Positions 51,760 through 62,627 of a stretch of 64,000 bases of DNA are shown one piece after another. The notes under the pieces are model-generated. The model was not told where the DNA came from and did not search any database. It saw only the letters and a program-made list of their open reading frames with translations. The stretch is from an uncultured Gemmatimonadales bacterium (GTDB taxonomy: Bacteria > Gemmatimonadota > Gemmatimonadetes > Gemmatimonadales > GWC2-71-9), in the NCBI GenBank assembly GCA_963821525.1, contig CAWGED010000019.1, positions 480,001 to 544,000 on the forward strand, read 5' to 3'. Each line of letters opens with the position of its first letter. The first letter of the stretch is position 1. A program made the translations under genes and the position numbers.

Positions 51760-52854
51760 AGCGCCTCGAGTTGGTCCAATTCCCGAGACCAGTCCCTGCC
51801 CTGCGCGAAGGCGCGGGCTGCCTGTCCCATCGCTTCCCGTCTTTCCCGATCCTTTACCAGCGATTGAATCGCCGTGGCGAATTCGGTCGCGTTGCCGGGC
51901 TCGATCAAGTGTCCCGTGATCCCCGGCATGATGCTCTCCCGGATGCCACCGGCTCCCGCACCGATCACCGGGAGCCCGGACGCCATCGCTTCGAGCGCCA
52001 CGAGACCGCAGGTCTCGGTCGGCGAGGGAAAGACAAAGAGATCGGCGTCGGCGTACAGCTCGGCCAGCCTCTCGCGGGACAGGAAGCCGAAGTGGACGAG
52101 CGAAAGGGAGCGCACGCTGTACCGAGTCAGCCTCGGGGCCGGCTCCGGCGACGCAGAAGATCGCGGCTTCGCCCAGCGCGGCGTGAGCCTGACGGAAGCT
52201 CTCGACCAGAGTCGCGGGATCCTTCTCCACGGCCAGGCGGCCGACGTGGAGGACCATCCATCGACCCGCGCAGCCCATCTCGGCTCGACGGGTCTCCGAG
52301 CGAAGCGAAGGATTGAATCGCCGCGAGTCTACCGCACCGCCCCAGACCATCGCTTGCGGAATCCCCATCTGTTGCAACTCGTACCGGGTTGCCGCGCTGG
52401 GCGTCTGCGTCGCCAGTGCCGGGCGATGAAACCAGCGCAGATATCCGCGAACCGGCTCGGTCGCATGCTTGCCGAGGTAGTGCGCCGCGTAGCGAGGAAA
52501 ATCGGTATGGAAGGACGTCACGAGCGGGAGATCGTGTCGCAAAGCAAAGGCGCGGCCGAAGAGGCCGATCGGACCCTCGGTCGCGACGTGAACCAGGTCA
52601 GGCACGAACCCCGCCGCCCAGCCACCGAGGCCTCTCCCCCAGGGCCAGGACAGCCGCACCGCCGGGTAGCCGGGACAGGGGACGCCGGGGATTCGGCGCA
52701 GCCCGCTCTCATTCGCGCTCGGGGTGCCGTATCCCGGGACCACCATCCGGACCTCGTGACCTCGGGCCTGCAACCCGTCACGCATGGTGGCCAGAACGGT
52801 GGTGACCCCGTTGATCTCGGGAAGGAAGGTGTCGCTGAAGTAGAGGATTCTCAT
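51684..52854 (-). CDS. GT4 glycosyltransferase, apparent frameshift(s) near 52100
   Basis: MRILYFSDTFLPEINGV, PDLVHVATEGP, SFHTDFPRY, VGRLAVEK; FPSPTETCGLVALEAMASG in the second frame. Confidence 0.85.
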
Positions 52855-53012
52855 CGCGGAAGGTTCCCCGATCTTCGCCACGGACCGACGACAACCATGT
52901 CACAACTTCGCCGCCGGCCGTGGTTGACTCGGGACAGCCGGATCATTCAATGGTGACAATCATCCGGCACAATTCAGGCGGGATACCAGACAAAGCGAGG
53001 AGGACGCATCAC

Positions 53013-53861
53013 ATGCGAGACGGCTACGAGCGAATCCTGGTCCTGGTGATTGACGGCCTGCGTCCCGATGCGATTACCCGGGTGCACATGCCCAACCTTA
53101 CGGCCTTTTCCGAGCGGGCCTGGCAGCCGCCGGTGGCGAGTACGGTACGTCCCAGCATCACGGTCGCCGCGCTGAGCTCGCTCGGCACCGGGGTGAGCCC
53201 GGAGACTCACGGCCTGGTGGACCCGAGCCTCGATTCGCTCGCGCGGTTGCGCCAGCTGAGGCCCCTTCCCGCCGAGCTCGCCAGGCTCGGTATTCGCACC
53301 TCGGTTGTCGCGGGAGAGCTCCTGCCCAGCACCCGCTTCCTGGTTGGCGGGCTGCTCAAGCTCGGCGGAGTGGAGCGCCTGATCGCGAGCGGGACTCAGC
53401 CGCGTCGCGTGGCGGAGGCGATGGCGGAAGAGCTGCGCGCCTCTCGAGGGAGACGGTTCGTGCTGGGTTACGTGCGGGATACCGATGTGGCGGGACACGC
53501 CTGGGGCTGGATGAGCGAGGCATACCTCACCGCAGCTCGCGCGGTAGATCGCGGGCTTGGCATCCTGAACGAGCTGGCGGAGGAGCCCGGTACCCTGGTG
53601 ATCGTTACCGCGGACCACGGCGGTGGTGGCGTCCTGCCCAGCGACCACGATCATCCCCACCCGATCAACGACACCATCCCGCTCCTGGTCGGGGGACTGG
53701 GGGTCCGGACCGGGGCGGCCTCGTCGGGCGGCGCCAGCCTGCTCGATGTCCCGCCCACGGTGTTGTCAGCATTCGGAGGAAACCCGCCAGCTCAATGGCA
53801 GGGCCGCGTACTCAGCGAAGCATTCGAAAAGGAGCCTGCATGGATCCAAGCGTCAGCCTGA
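53013..53861 (+). CDS. Alkaline-phosphatase-superfamily (nucleotide pyrophosphatase/phosphodiesterase-like) protein
   Basis: IDGLRPD, PSIT, HG, DVAGH..G, TADHGG, H; RBS GAGGAGG. Confidence 0.85.
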   Translation: MRDGYERILVLVIDGLRPDAITRVHMPNLTAFSERAWQPPVASTVRPSITVAALSSLGTGVSPETHGLVDPSLDSLARLRQLRPLPAELARLGIRTSVVAGELLPSTRFLVGGLLKLGGVERLIASGTQPRRVAEAMAEELRASRGRRFVLGYVRDTDVAGHAWGWMSEAYLTAARAVDRGLGILNELAEEPGTLVIVTADHGGGGVLPSDHDHPHPINDTIPLLVGGLGVRTGAASSGGASLLDVPPTVLSAFGGNPPAQWQGRVLSEAFEKEPAWIQASA

Positions 53862-54157
53862 ACCCGAATCTCCAGATCCGGGGCCAAGTGCCAAACCCAC
53901 CGGTCCAGCCGGCGAGTACCTGCAGCTCCATCCCGTCCCGCCCCGGGCGGAGAAGACGAGTTGTTCCGCGACCCTTTCGCCGACTTCGCCCCGAGCAGCC
54001 GCTGAGGCGATTTCGGCGCTCTCTGAGGCGTCGTTACTTACCCGTTACGCCAACACACATAAATCTTGACCGGAATGGCGCTCCATTCCCGCCGTTAGAT
54101 TCTTCCCTTCGGCGCGCGCGCCGAGCACCGTCCGGCCTTAGACGAAGAGGAGCGCCT

Positions 54158-55357
54158 GTGTCGCTTTCCCGTCGGAGTATCCATCTGGCGGTTATGGCCC
54201 TGAGCATTACCGCGGCCAACGCCGTCGCTCAGGTCACCTACCCGAATGTGCGAGTGCAGGGTCGTCTGCAAACCCAGTACTACTACTTCGACAATTCAGA
54301 CTATGCCGCGGCCGTGGGGCCGAAGGACAACTTCTTCCTCCGGCGGGCCCGTATCGAGGCGCGGGCCAACATCAACGAATACATCAGCGTGTTCATCCAG
54401 CCGTCCTTCGAGGGCGGCCGGACCACGACGTCCACGACGGCGTGCCAGCCCGTGATCGTTGATGCTCTGCCGGACACTGTCGCGGTGAACTGTACCACGA
54501 CCTCGCGCGGCGGTATCCGATTGCGGGATGCGTTTATCGATGTCAAGTTCACCAAGCCGGAAGCCAAGAGCACCTTCATGCTGCGGATGGGCCAGGAGAA
54601 GCGGCCGTTCGGTCGTTACGAGCTGACCTCCTCCAACAACCTGCCCTCGATCGAACGCGGCGCTGGTCAGGGTCTCGTGGGTTCGGCGTCGAACGATCTG
54701 TTTTCGGCGCAGGGCTTCATGTCGCATGACGTGGGCGCCCACCTGCAGTTCGACTACAAGCTGAGCGACCTGCGGATCCTTTCGCTCATCGCCGGCGTTT
54801 ACAACGGCCGGGGCGAGAGCGTGAACGACAATAACAACGCCAAGTCCTTCGGCTTCCGGGGCACGATTGGCATCACCGACAAGCTCAACGTCGGTGGCTC
54901 GTACTTCTCACACGACAACATCGTAACACCGACCGGCGCCGCCGTTCCGGATTCCAACTACAGGAATGATGCCTTCGGCATCGACGGTCAGTGGGGCAAG
55001 CCCGGGGATCCGGGCCTCTACCTGGTTGCCGACTACATGGCGGGGCACGACGGCAGCGGGGTGCTGGTGAGCGGCGACAAGAAGAAGATCCTCGGCATCT
55101 CAGCGGTCGGCTCCTACAATATCAGGATCAAGAGCCCGACTTCATGGCTCTACGCCATCGAGCCGTCCGTCCGCTACGACTTCTCGGATCCCGATACCGA
55201 CCTGGACGACAACGGCACGACGCTGGTCACCGCGGTGCTGGGATTCTACATGTCGAGCCGGGCGCAGTTCCGCATCGGATATGAGAACGAGAGCTTCCAG
55301 GCTCCGGGCGCCGCCAGCATCAGCGGCATTCGGACTGCGCTCACGATGAATTTCTAA
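54158..55357 (+). CDS. Phosphate-selective porin (OprO/OprP-like)
   Basis: RBS GAGGAG + GTG; signal peptide; GRLQ, FFLRRARI, LRDAFI, GQEKRPFG, IER; C-terminal Phe; directly upstream of pstS. Confidence 0.8.
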   Translation: MSLSRRSIHLAVMALSITAANAVAQVTYPNVRVQGRLQTQYYYFDNSDYAAAVGPKDNFFLRRARIEARANINEYISVFIQPSFEGGRTTTSTTACQPVIVDALPDTVAVNCTTTSRGGIRLRDAFIDVKFTKPEAKSTFMLRMGQEKRPFGRYELTSSNNLPSIERGAGQGLVGSASNDLFSAQGFMSHDVGAHLQFDYKLSDLRILSLIAGVYNGRGESVNDNNNAKSFGFRGTIGITDKLNVGGSYFSHDNIVTPTGAAVPDSNYRNDAFGIDGQWGKPGDPGLYLVADYMAGHDGSGVLVSGDKKKILGISAVGSYNIRIKSPTSWLYAIEPSVRYDFSDPDTDLDDNGTTLVTAVLGFYMSSRAQFRIGYENESFQAPGAASISGIRTALTMNF

Positions 55358-55389
55358 AGGCGTTCACACGCAATCCCGAGGAGAGCATC

Positions 55390-56448
55390 ATGGCGGTTCG
55401 TGCATTGATCGGCCGGTGGACTCTGGCGGCGGGGATGGCTCTCGTTGTCACCGCACCGCTGTCGGCCCAGCAGAAGCTGACGGGGGCGGGTGCCACGTTC
55501 CCCAATCCGATCTACAGCAAATGGTTTGATGCCTACAACAAGAAGACCGGCATCCAGATCAATTACCAGTCGGTCGGTTCCGGCGCCGGCATCCGGCAGT
55601 TCACCGAGGGGACCGTGGACTTCGGCGCCTCCGACGGGCCAATGAGCGAATCCCAGATTCAGGCGGTCAACGGGAACGTGGTCCACATCCCCACAGTGCT
55701 CGGTGCCGTGGTGGTGACGTACAATCTGCCGAGCCTCGGCGATACCAAGCTGAAGCTGGACGGCAACGCCATCGTCGACATCTTCATGGGGCGGATTACC
55801 AAGTGGAACGACAAGCGGCTCGCCGCGCTGAACCCCGGCGTGAACCTGCCGGATGCCGATGTGATCGTGGTGCACCGTTCGGATGGTTCCGGCACCAGCT
55901 ACATCTTCACCGACTTCCTGACCAAGTACTCCCGCGAGTGGAAGGACAAGGTCGGGTATGCCACGTCGGTGAACTGGCCGACCGGGCTCGGCGGCAAGGG
56001 CAATGAGGGTGTGACCCAGCAGGTGAAGCAGGTCGAAGGCGCGGTTGGGTATGTCGAACTGATCTACGCTATCTCGAACAAGCTCCCGTATGCGTTGATA
56101 AAAAACCCGGCGGGAGAGTTCGTGGAGCCATCCCTCGAGTCCACGACTGCCGCGGCGGGAAGCGCTAAGTTGGCCAAGGACACGGATTTTCGGGTGTCGA
56201 TCACTAACGCGCCCGGCAAGACCGCCTACCCGATTGCTTCCTTCACCTGGCTCCTGGTCCAGAAGGACAACAAGGACGCCACGAAGGGCAAGGCAATCCG
56301 GGACTTCCTGACCTGGATGATTACCGACGAAGCGCAGAACATGGCGCAGGAGCTGGAATACGCCCCGCTCCCGGCGGAAGTCCGCGGGCTCATCGGCGAG
56401 CGACTCAAGACGCTCAAAGCGGGCGGGAAGGTGATCGCACTTCAATAA
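55390..56448 (+). CDS. pstS: Phosphate ABC transporter substrate-binding protein
   Basis: GAGATFP, YQSVGSGAG, DFGASD, HRSDGSGTS, GKGNEGV, YPIASFTW. Confidence 0.97.
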   Translation: MAVRALIGRWTLAAGMALVVTAPLSAQQKLTGAGATFPNPIYSKWFDAYNKKTGIQINYQSVGSGAGIRQFTEGTVDFGASDGPMSESQIQAVNGNVVHIPTVLGAVVVTYNLPSLGDTKLKLDGNAIVDIFMGRITKWNDKRLAALNPGVNLPDADVIVVHRSDGSGTSYIFTDFLTKYSREWKDKVGYATSVNWPTGLGGKGNEGVTQQVKQVEGAVGYVELIYAISNKLPYALIKNPAGEFVEPSLESTTAAAGSAKLAKDTDFRVSITNAPGKTAYPIASFTWLLVQKDNKDATKGKAIRDFLTWMITDEAQNMAQELEYAPLPAEVRGLIGERLKTLKAGGKVIALQ

Positions 56449-56811
56449 GTACCGAGTACCTGGTGCCGAGTACCGAGGGCGATAACCTCTGGTGGTCGGT
56501 GCTCGAAGGTGCAGGCGCGGGACAAGGCCAGAACCGCTTATCGGGACACAATCACTCGGTACTCGGTACCCGGTACCCGGTACTGGCTGACTAGAAGGGG
56601 GGCGGTGGGCAGAATTCATCGGCTGCCCACCGTTTCTTTTTACTACAGTACCTAGTAACGAGTACCTAGTAACGAGTACCGAGTACCTAGAAAACAGTAC
56701 TTGAGTACCTGGTACCTGAGTACCTAGCACCGAGTGACGCACCTCAGATTGGTTGGACCCGAAATCAACGAAGCCTTGGCGAGCGAGCTAGGTACTCGTT
56801 ACTCGGTACTG
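56447..56811. repeat. Two heptamer-repeat (GTAC-core) hairpins flanking a terminator
   Basis: gtaccga/gtacctg units (56447-56481) pair with ctcggta/cccggta units (56554-56585); second set 56647-56735 pairs with 56788-56811. Confidence 0.85.
56603..56641 (+). terminator. Intrinsic terminator after pstS
   Basis: Stem cggtgggcag/ctgcccaccg followed by tttcttttt. Confidence 0.8.
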
Positions 56812-56820
56812 ATTTTTGTA

Positions 56821-56847
56821 GTTACACATCCGTTACACATTCGTGAC
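56821..56847 (+). promoter_or_regulatory. Pho-box-like 11-bp direct repeats upstream of pstC
   Basis: GTTACACATCC GTTACACATTC GTGAC with 11-bp periodicity. Confidence 0.65.
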
Positions 56848-56882
56848 CGTCAGGGAGTCGAGTCACTCTACGTTCTCCCCCA

Positions 56883-57878
56883 ATGACCACCCCTGTGTCC
56901 CCCATCGTAGATGCGATCGGACCGGCCGCGCCGTCTCGGACCCTTACGGGCACTTCGAACGCGGCAGATCGGCTCTTCCGGGTGGTGCTTACGCTGGCGG
57001 CTCTGGCCATCCCGGTCCTGCTCGGCTTCCTGGTTTACGAGCTGTACATGGGCTCCCGGCTGGCGATGGGCCAGTTTGGCTTCAACTTCATCACCGACTC
57101 GATCTGGGACCCGGTCGCCGAGAAGTTTGGAGCCTTCCCGCTCATCTTCGGGACCCTGCTTTCCTCGTTTCTGGCCCTGCTCATCGCCGTACCGCTGTCG
57201 CTCGGGGTCGCGGTCTACATCACCGAGTTTGCACCCAAGTTCCTGCGGCAGCCGGTGGCGTTCGTGATCGAGCTGCTGGCCGCGATTCCCAGCGTGGTCT
57301 ACGGCCTCTGGGGGATCTTCGTCCTGATCCCCTTCCTTAAGAAGTTCATCTTCCCAGCCCTGCGCGCCGTGTTCGGTTTCCTGCCGTTCTTCCAGGGACC
57401 GATCTACGGACCCTCGATGCTCGCCGCGAGCATCATCCTCGCGATCATGATCATGCCGTTCATCATGTCGGTCGCGCGGGAGGTGCTGCTCGCGGTTCCC
57501 GACAGCCAGCGGGAAGCCTCGCTCGCGCTGGGCGCGACCCGCTGGGAAGCGGTGATCTCGGCGATCATCCCCTATGCCCGCTCCGGCATCTTCGGCGCGA
57601 TCATCCTCGGCCTGGGCCGGGCGCTGGGGGAGACCATGGCGGTCACGATGCTGATCGGAAACCGGCATGAGATCGCGGCGTCGCTCTTCGCGCCAGGCTA
57701 TACCATGGCGGCGGTGATCGCCAATGAGTTCTCCGAAGCCGCCACCGACATGCACTTCTCGGCCCTCACCTACGTGGCGTTCGTGCTGTTCGCGCTAACC
57801 ATCCTCGTGAATGCGGCGGCGCGGCTCCTCATCTGGCGGGTGGCGCGGGGCGCCGCCATCGGGAGCAAGGCACTATGA
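56883..57878 (+). CDS. pstC: Phosphate ABC transporter permease
   Basis: WDP, IELLAAIPSVVYGLWG, GLGRALGETMAV, IANEF. Confidence 0.96.
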   Translation: MTTPVSPIVDAIGPAAPSRTLTGTSNAADRLFRVVLTLAALAIPVLLGFLVYELYMGSRLAMGQFGFNFITDSIWDPVAEKFGAFPLIFGTLLSSFLALLIAVPLSLGVAVYITEFAPKFLRQPVAFVIELLAAIPSVVYGLWGIFVLIPFLKKFIFPALRAVFGFLPFFQGPIYGPSMLAASIILAIMIMPFIMSVAREVLLAVPDSQREASLALGATRWEAVISAIIPYARSGIFGAIILGLGRALGETMAVTMLIGNRHEIAASLFAPGYTMAAVIANEFSEAATDMHFSALTYVAFVLFALTILVNAAARLLIWRVARGAAIGSKAL

Positions 57879-58706
57879 ACCGGCGGGTGCTACGGCGCTG
57901 GATCAGCAACTTCATGGTCGGGCTCATGATCGTTGCCGTGATCCTGGCCGTCCTGCCGCTCTTGTTCATTCTGATCAACCTCGTGCTCAAGGGCGCCAGC
58001 AGCCTCTCGCTCGACTTCTTCACCAAGCTACCGGTCCCGGCGGGAGAGACCGGAGGCGGTGTGGCACACGCCATCGTCGGGACGCTGCTCATCGTTGGAT
58101 TGGGGAGCCTCTTCGGCGTACCGCTCGGCATCGGAGCCGGCATCTACTGTGCCGAGTATCCGGGCAGCAGGCTCACCAAGGTGACGCGATTCGTCGCCGA
58201 CGTGATGAACGGGACGCCGTCAATCGTGGTTGGCGTCTTCGCGTGGACCTGGATCGTGGCGCGGCAGAAGCACTTCTCGGGGGTCGCAGGAAGCGCCGCG
58301 CTGGCAATGCTGATGATTCCGATGGTGATGCGCACGACCGAGGAGCTGATCAAGCTGGTGCCCCATTCCCTTCGAGAGGCGGGGCTGGCGCTTGGGTACC
58401 CCCGCTGGCGCACCAGCCTGAGCATTGTCCTGCGCACCGCTCTCCCGGGCATCGTGACCGGCAGTCTGCTGGCCGTGGCCCGCGTCGCGGGTGAGACGGC
58501 CCCGCTCCTGTTCACGGCGCTGGGCAGCCAGTACATGAACTTCAATGTCAACGAGCCGATGGCCGCGTTGCCGCTCGTGGTCTTCCAATACGCGACGGGC
58601 CCTTATGAAGAGTGGCACCAGCTGGCCTGGGCCTCGGCGCTGGTTCTGATCCTGGTGGTCTTCGTGCTGAGTTTGGGTGCGCGCATCGCCACGCGGAGGA
58701 GGTTCC

Positions 58707-58714
<8 letters not shown>
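57875..58714 (+). CDS. pstA: Phosphate ABC transporter permease
   Basis: [34 protein letters not shown]. Confidence 0.96.
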
Positions 58715-59470
<756 letters not shown>

Positions 59471-59474
<4 letters not shown>

Positions 59475-60331
59475 CCGCCATGTCCACTAATCCCGCAGTG
59501 CCTTCCTCCGCCCCGGCACCGCTGCTCAAGACCACACTGACCCCGCGCTCCGGACCGCGGCCCTCGATCGAGGCCGGCAATCCGGCGATCGAGGCCCGCG
59601 ACTTCAAGTTTTCCTATGGCGCGGGGCCGGTGCTCAAAGGAATCACCTTCACGATTCCGCGGCGCGCGGTCACCGCCATCATCGGACCGTCCGGATGTGG
59701 CAAGTCCACCTTCCTCCGCTCCATCAACCGGATGCACGACCTGCTCCCGGGAGCGAAGTACGGCGGGGACATTCTGCTCGAAGGGAAGTCCATCTTCGGT
59801 GCGGGGACCGACCTGGTCTCCCTCCGGCTTCGGGTGGGCATGGTGTTCCAGCGCCCCAATCCGTTCCCCAAGACGATCTACGACAACGTGGCCTATGGCC
59901 CTGGGCTGAATCGCCTGGTGCCGCAGCGGGACTTGCCGGACCTGGTCGAGCGTTGCCTGAGGCAGGCGGCGCTGTGGGACGAGGTAAAGGACCGGCTGGA
60001 CGAGCCGGGCACCGGGCTCTCGGGCGGCCAGCAGCAACGGTTGTGCATCGCGCGTGCGCTCGGGAACCAGCCGGAGGTACTGCTGATGGACGAGCCCTGT
60101 TCGGCGCTGGATCCGATCGCCACGCAGAAAGTCGAGGAGCTGATCGTCGAGCTCAAGCAGTCCTACACGATCGTGATCGTGACCCACAACATGCAGCAGG
60201 CGGCACGGGTGTCGGACCTGACGGGCTTCTTCGATAGAGGGGAATTGATCGAAGTGGGAGAGACCGAACGGATCTTCACCGCTCCTGCCAGTGAACGCAC
60301 TGAAGCATACATTACCGGGAGATTCGGATGA
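59471..60331 (+). CDS. pstB: Phosphate ABC transporter ATP-binding protein (second copy)
   Basis: [37 protein letters not shown]. Confidence 0.95.
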
Positions 60332-61044
60332 GCTCCGAGATGCATCGCCATTTCCACGACGAGCTGAACGACGTGAAGGTACGCCTGCTCACCATGTCGG
60401 GAGAGGCAGAAGCGGCCCTTGGCCTGGCGGTGGACGCGCTGCTCGAGCGCAGCGCCTCGAAGGCCCACAGCGTCATCAGCAGCGACCGGGCCATCGACAA
60501 CATGGAGATGGAGATCGAGGAGGCGTGCGTCAACCTCCTCGCGCTGCAGCAGCCGATGGCGCGCGATCTCCGGATGCTGACCTCGGCGCTCAAGATCGCC
60601 AACGACCTGGAGCGGGTGGGGGACCACGCGGTCAACATCGCCCAGTCGGCGGAACGGTTGAGCCACGCCCGCCCGATCGCGCCGGAGCCGGAGATCATCG
60701 AGATGGCCCGGCTGGCGCGGGATATGCTTTCGGATTCTCTTGAAGCGTTCATCAGGGGAGATGCCGTGTCGGCGCGGGAGGTCTGTCTGCGGGACGACAA
60801 AGTGGATAATCTCCACCGGTCGGTCTTCCGCATCCTGCTCACCCATATGATGGAAGACCCGCACATGATCGGCGCGGGGATGGAGTTGTTCCTGGTGAGC
60901 CGTAACCTCGAGCGGGTAGCCGACCTCGCGACCAACGTGGCCGAGGATGTAGTCTTCCTGGTGGAAGGCAAGTCAATCAAACACCACGCCGAGGACCGGG
61001 GCGAAGCCCGGAACTCCGGCGCTACTCCGACACCGATCGCATGA
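60328..61044 (+). CDS. phoU: Phosphate signalling/transport regulator
   Basis: [35 protein letters not shown]. Confidence 0.96.
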   Translation: MSSEMHRHFHDELNDVKVRLLTMSGEAEAALGLAVDALLERSASKAHSVISSDRAIDNMEMEIEEACVNLLALQQPMARDLRMLTSALKIANDLERVGDHAVNIAQSAERLSHARPIAPEPEIIEMARLARDMLSDSLEAFIRGDAVSAREVCLRDDKVDNLHRSVFRILLTHMMEDPHMIGAGMELFLVSRNLERVADLATNVAEDVVFLVEGKSIKHHAEDRGEARNSGATPTPIA

Positions 61045-62624
61045 CATCTGTACCAGTACCCGAACCCCGTGAGCGCCTGGCCGCCGTCGATGTCGGATCC
61101 AATTCGATCCGGCTCCTGGTGGCGGAGTACGGCGCGCAATCGGGGCTTTCGGTCATTGCCGAGGTAAAGGAACAGCCGCGCCTCGCGACCGGCGTCGCGC
61201 GGACCAGGCGGCTGGACCCCGAAGCCATTGAACGGGCCATCGCGGCCCTCAAGCGGATGCGCGATGTCTGTGAGCGGCGCGGCGTGAGCCGGGTTGCGGC
61301 TGTGGCCACTGCCGCAGTCCGCGAAGCGATCAACGGGCAGGAATTCGTGACCCGGGCGAAGGAAGAGACCGGGTTCGACCTCCGGATCATCGACGCGGAG
61401 ACCGAAGCAGCCCTCTCCTACCGGTCGGTGGCCCATCACTTCCCGCTGGAAGGCGGCCGCACGGTCATCGCGGACATCGGAGGCGGCAGCCTCGAGCTGA
61501 TTGCCGCGGTAGACGGGCTGATCGAGCAGAGCCTTTCGGTTCCTTTCGGAGCGGTCCGCCTCACCGAGCTGCACATGGGCGAGGAGAAGGACACCCGGAA
61601 ATCGGTCTCGAAGCTGCGCGACTGGGTACGTCGCCAGCTCCGGCGCAAACTCCCGCTCCGCGACTGGAGTTCTCCCGTCCTGATCGGATCGGGTGGCTCC
61701 TTCACCAATCTTGGCCGGATGGCCGCAGCCCGGCGCGGTCTGTCCGCGGCCGACCCGGTGCACGGCACCGCGGTCAACACCGCAGAGGTCGAGCACCTCC
61801 TGGAGTGGCTCACCGCCATGACCCCCCAGCAGCGGGGCCAGGTCCCCGGACTCAACCCTCAGCGAGCGGACATCATCCTGGCCGGACTCGCGGTGACCGC
61901 CGAGCTGTTGCTCCGGATCGAGGCCCGGGAGGTAAAGGTGAGTGCGTTTGGTCTTCGGGAAGGCTTACTGCTCGAGATGGTGGGAGCCGAGGCGGCACCC
62001 GCCGCCGATGACCCGCTCCGCCTGATCCGGGAATTCGTAGAACGCTGCCATGGGGATCGTCGCCATGTCGAGCATGTCCGACTCCTGGCACTCTCGCTCT
62101 TCGATCAGCTGGGTGAGCGGATGGGGGTGACGGAGGAGGAGCGGTTCCTGCTCGAGGCGTCGGCCCTGCTGCACGACGTCGGCCAGCTGGTGAGTTATCG
62201 CAAGCACCACAAGCACAGCTTCCAGCTGATCATGCACGCCGAACGGCTGCCGCTGTCACCCCGTGAGCGGATGCTGGTGGCGCTCATCAGCCGCTATCAC
62301 CGCCGGCGCGGGCCACGCAAGAAGCACGAGCACCTGTCAGCGCTGGAGCCGGCCGATCGCGATATCGTGCGGCGGATGAGCGGGCTGCTTCGAGTGGCCG
62401 ACGGCCTGGACCGCGGTCATACCGCGATCGTGGAGACGGTGAGCGCCGAGATCTGTCCGACACTCATCACGATCAAGGCGGCCCCGCGTTACGCCGAGGC
62501 GGACTTGTCGCTCGAGTGCTGGGGTGGCAACCAGAAGGCCGACGTGCTGGCGAAGGTGATGGGCCGCGAGGTGGTCGTCGAGCCGGCCACGACCATGCCG
62601 ATGGGTCCGCGCGCGGTCGCCTAA
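61041..62624 (+). CDS. ppx: Exopolyphosphatase Ppx/GppA with HD domain
   Basis: DVGSNSIRL, ATAAVREA, DIGGGSLE, GLREG, LLHDVG, RVADGLD. Confidence 0.92.
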   Translation: MTSVPVPEPRERLAAVDVGSNSIRLLVAEYGAQSGLSVIAEVKEQPRLATGVARTRRLDPEAIERAIAALKRMRDVCERRGVSRVAAVATAAVREAINGQEFVTRAKEETGFDLRIIDAETEAALSYRSVAHHFPLEGGRTVIADIGGGSLELIAAVDGLIEQSLSVPFGAVRLTELHMGEEKDTRKSVSKLRDWVRRQLRRKLPLRDWSSPVLIGSGGSFTNLGRMAAARRGLSAADPVHGTAVNTAEVEHLLEWLTAMTPQQRGQVPGLNPQRADIILAGLAVTAELLLRIEAREVKVSAFGLREGLLLEMVGAEAAPAADDPLRLIREFVERCHGDRRHVEHVRLLALSLFDQLGERMGVTEEERFLLEASALLHDVGQLVSYRKHHKHSFQLIMHAERLPLSPRERMLVALISRYHRRRGPRKKHEHLSALEPADRDIVRRMSGLLRVADGLDRGHTAIVETVSAEICPTLITIKAAPRYAEADLSLECWGGNQKADVLAKVMGREVVVEPATTMPMGPRAVA

Positions 62625-62627
62625 CGA

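Noticed and set aside
56447..56811. CRISPR array or coding ORF 55354-56742 (-)
   Set aside because: Period-7 inverted arrays rather than repeat-spacer units; the ORF is antisense to pstS and begins in low-complexity repeat translation
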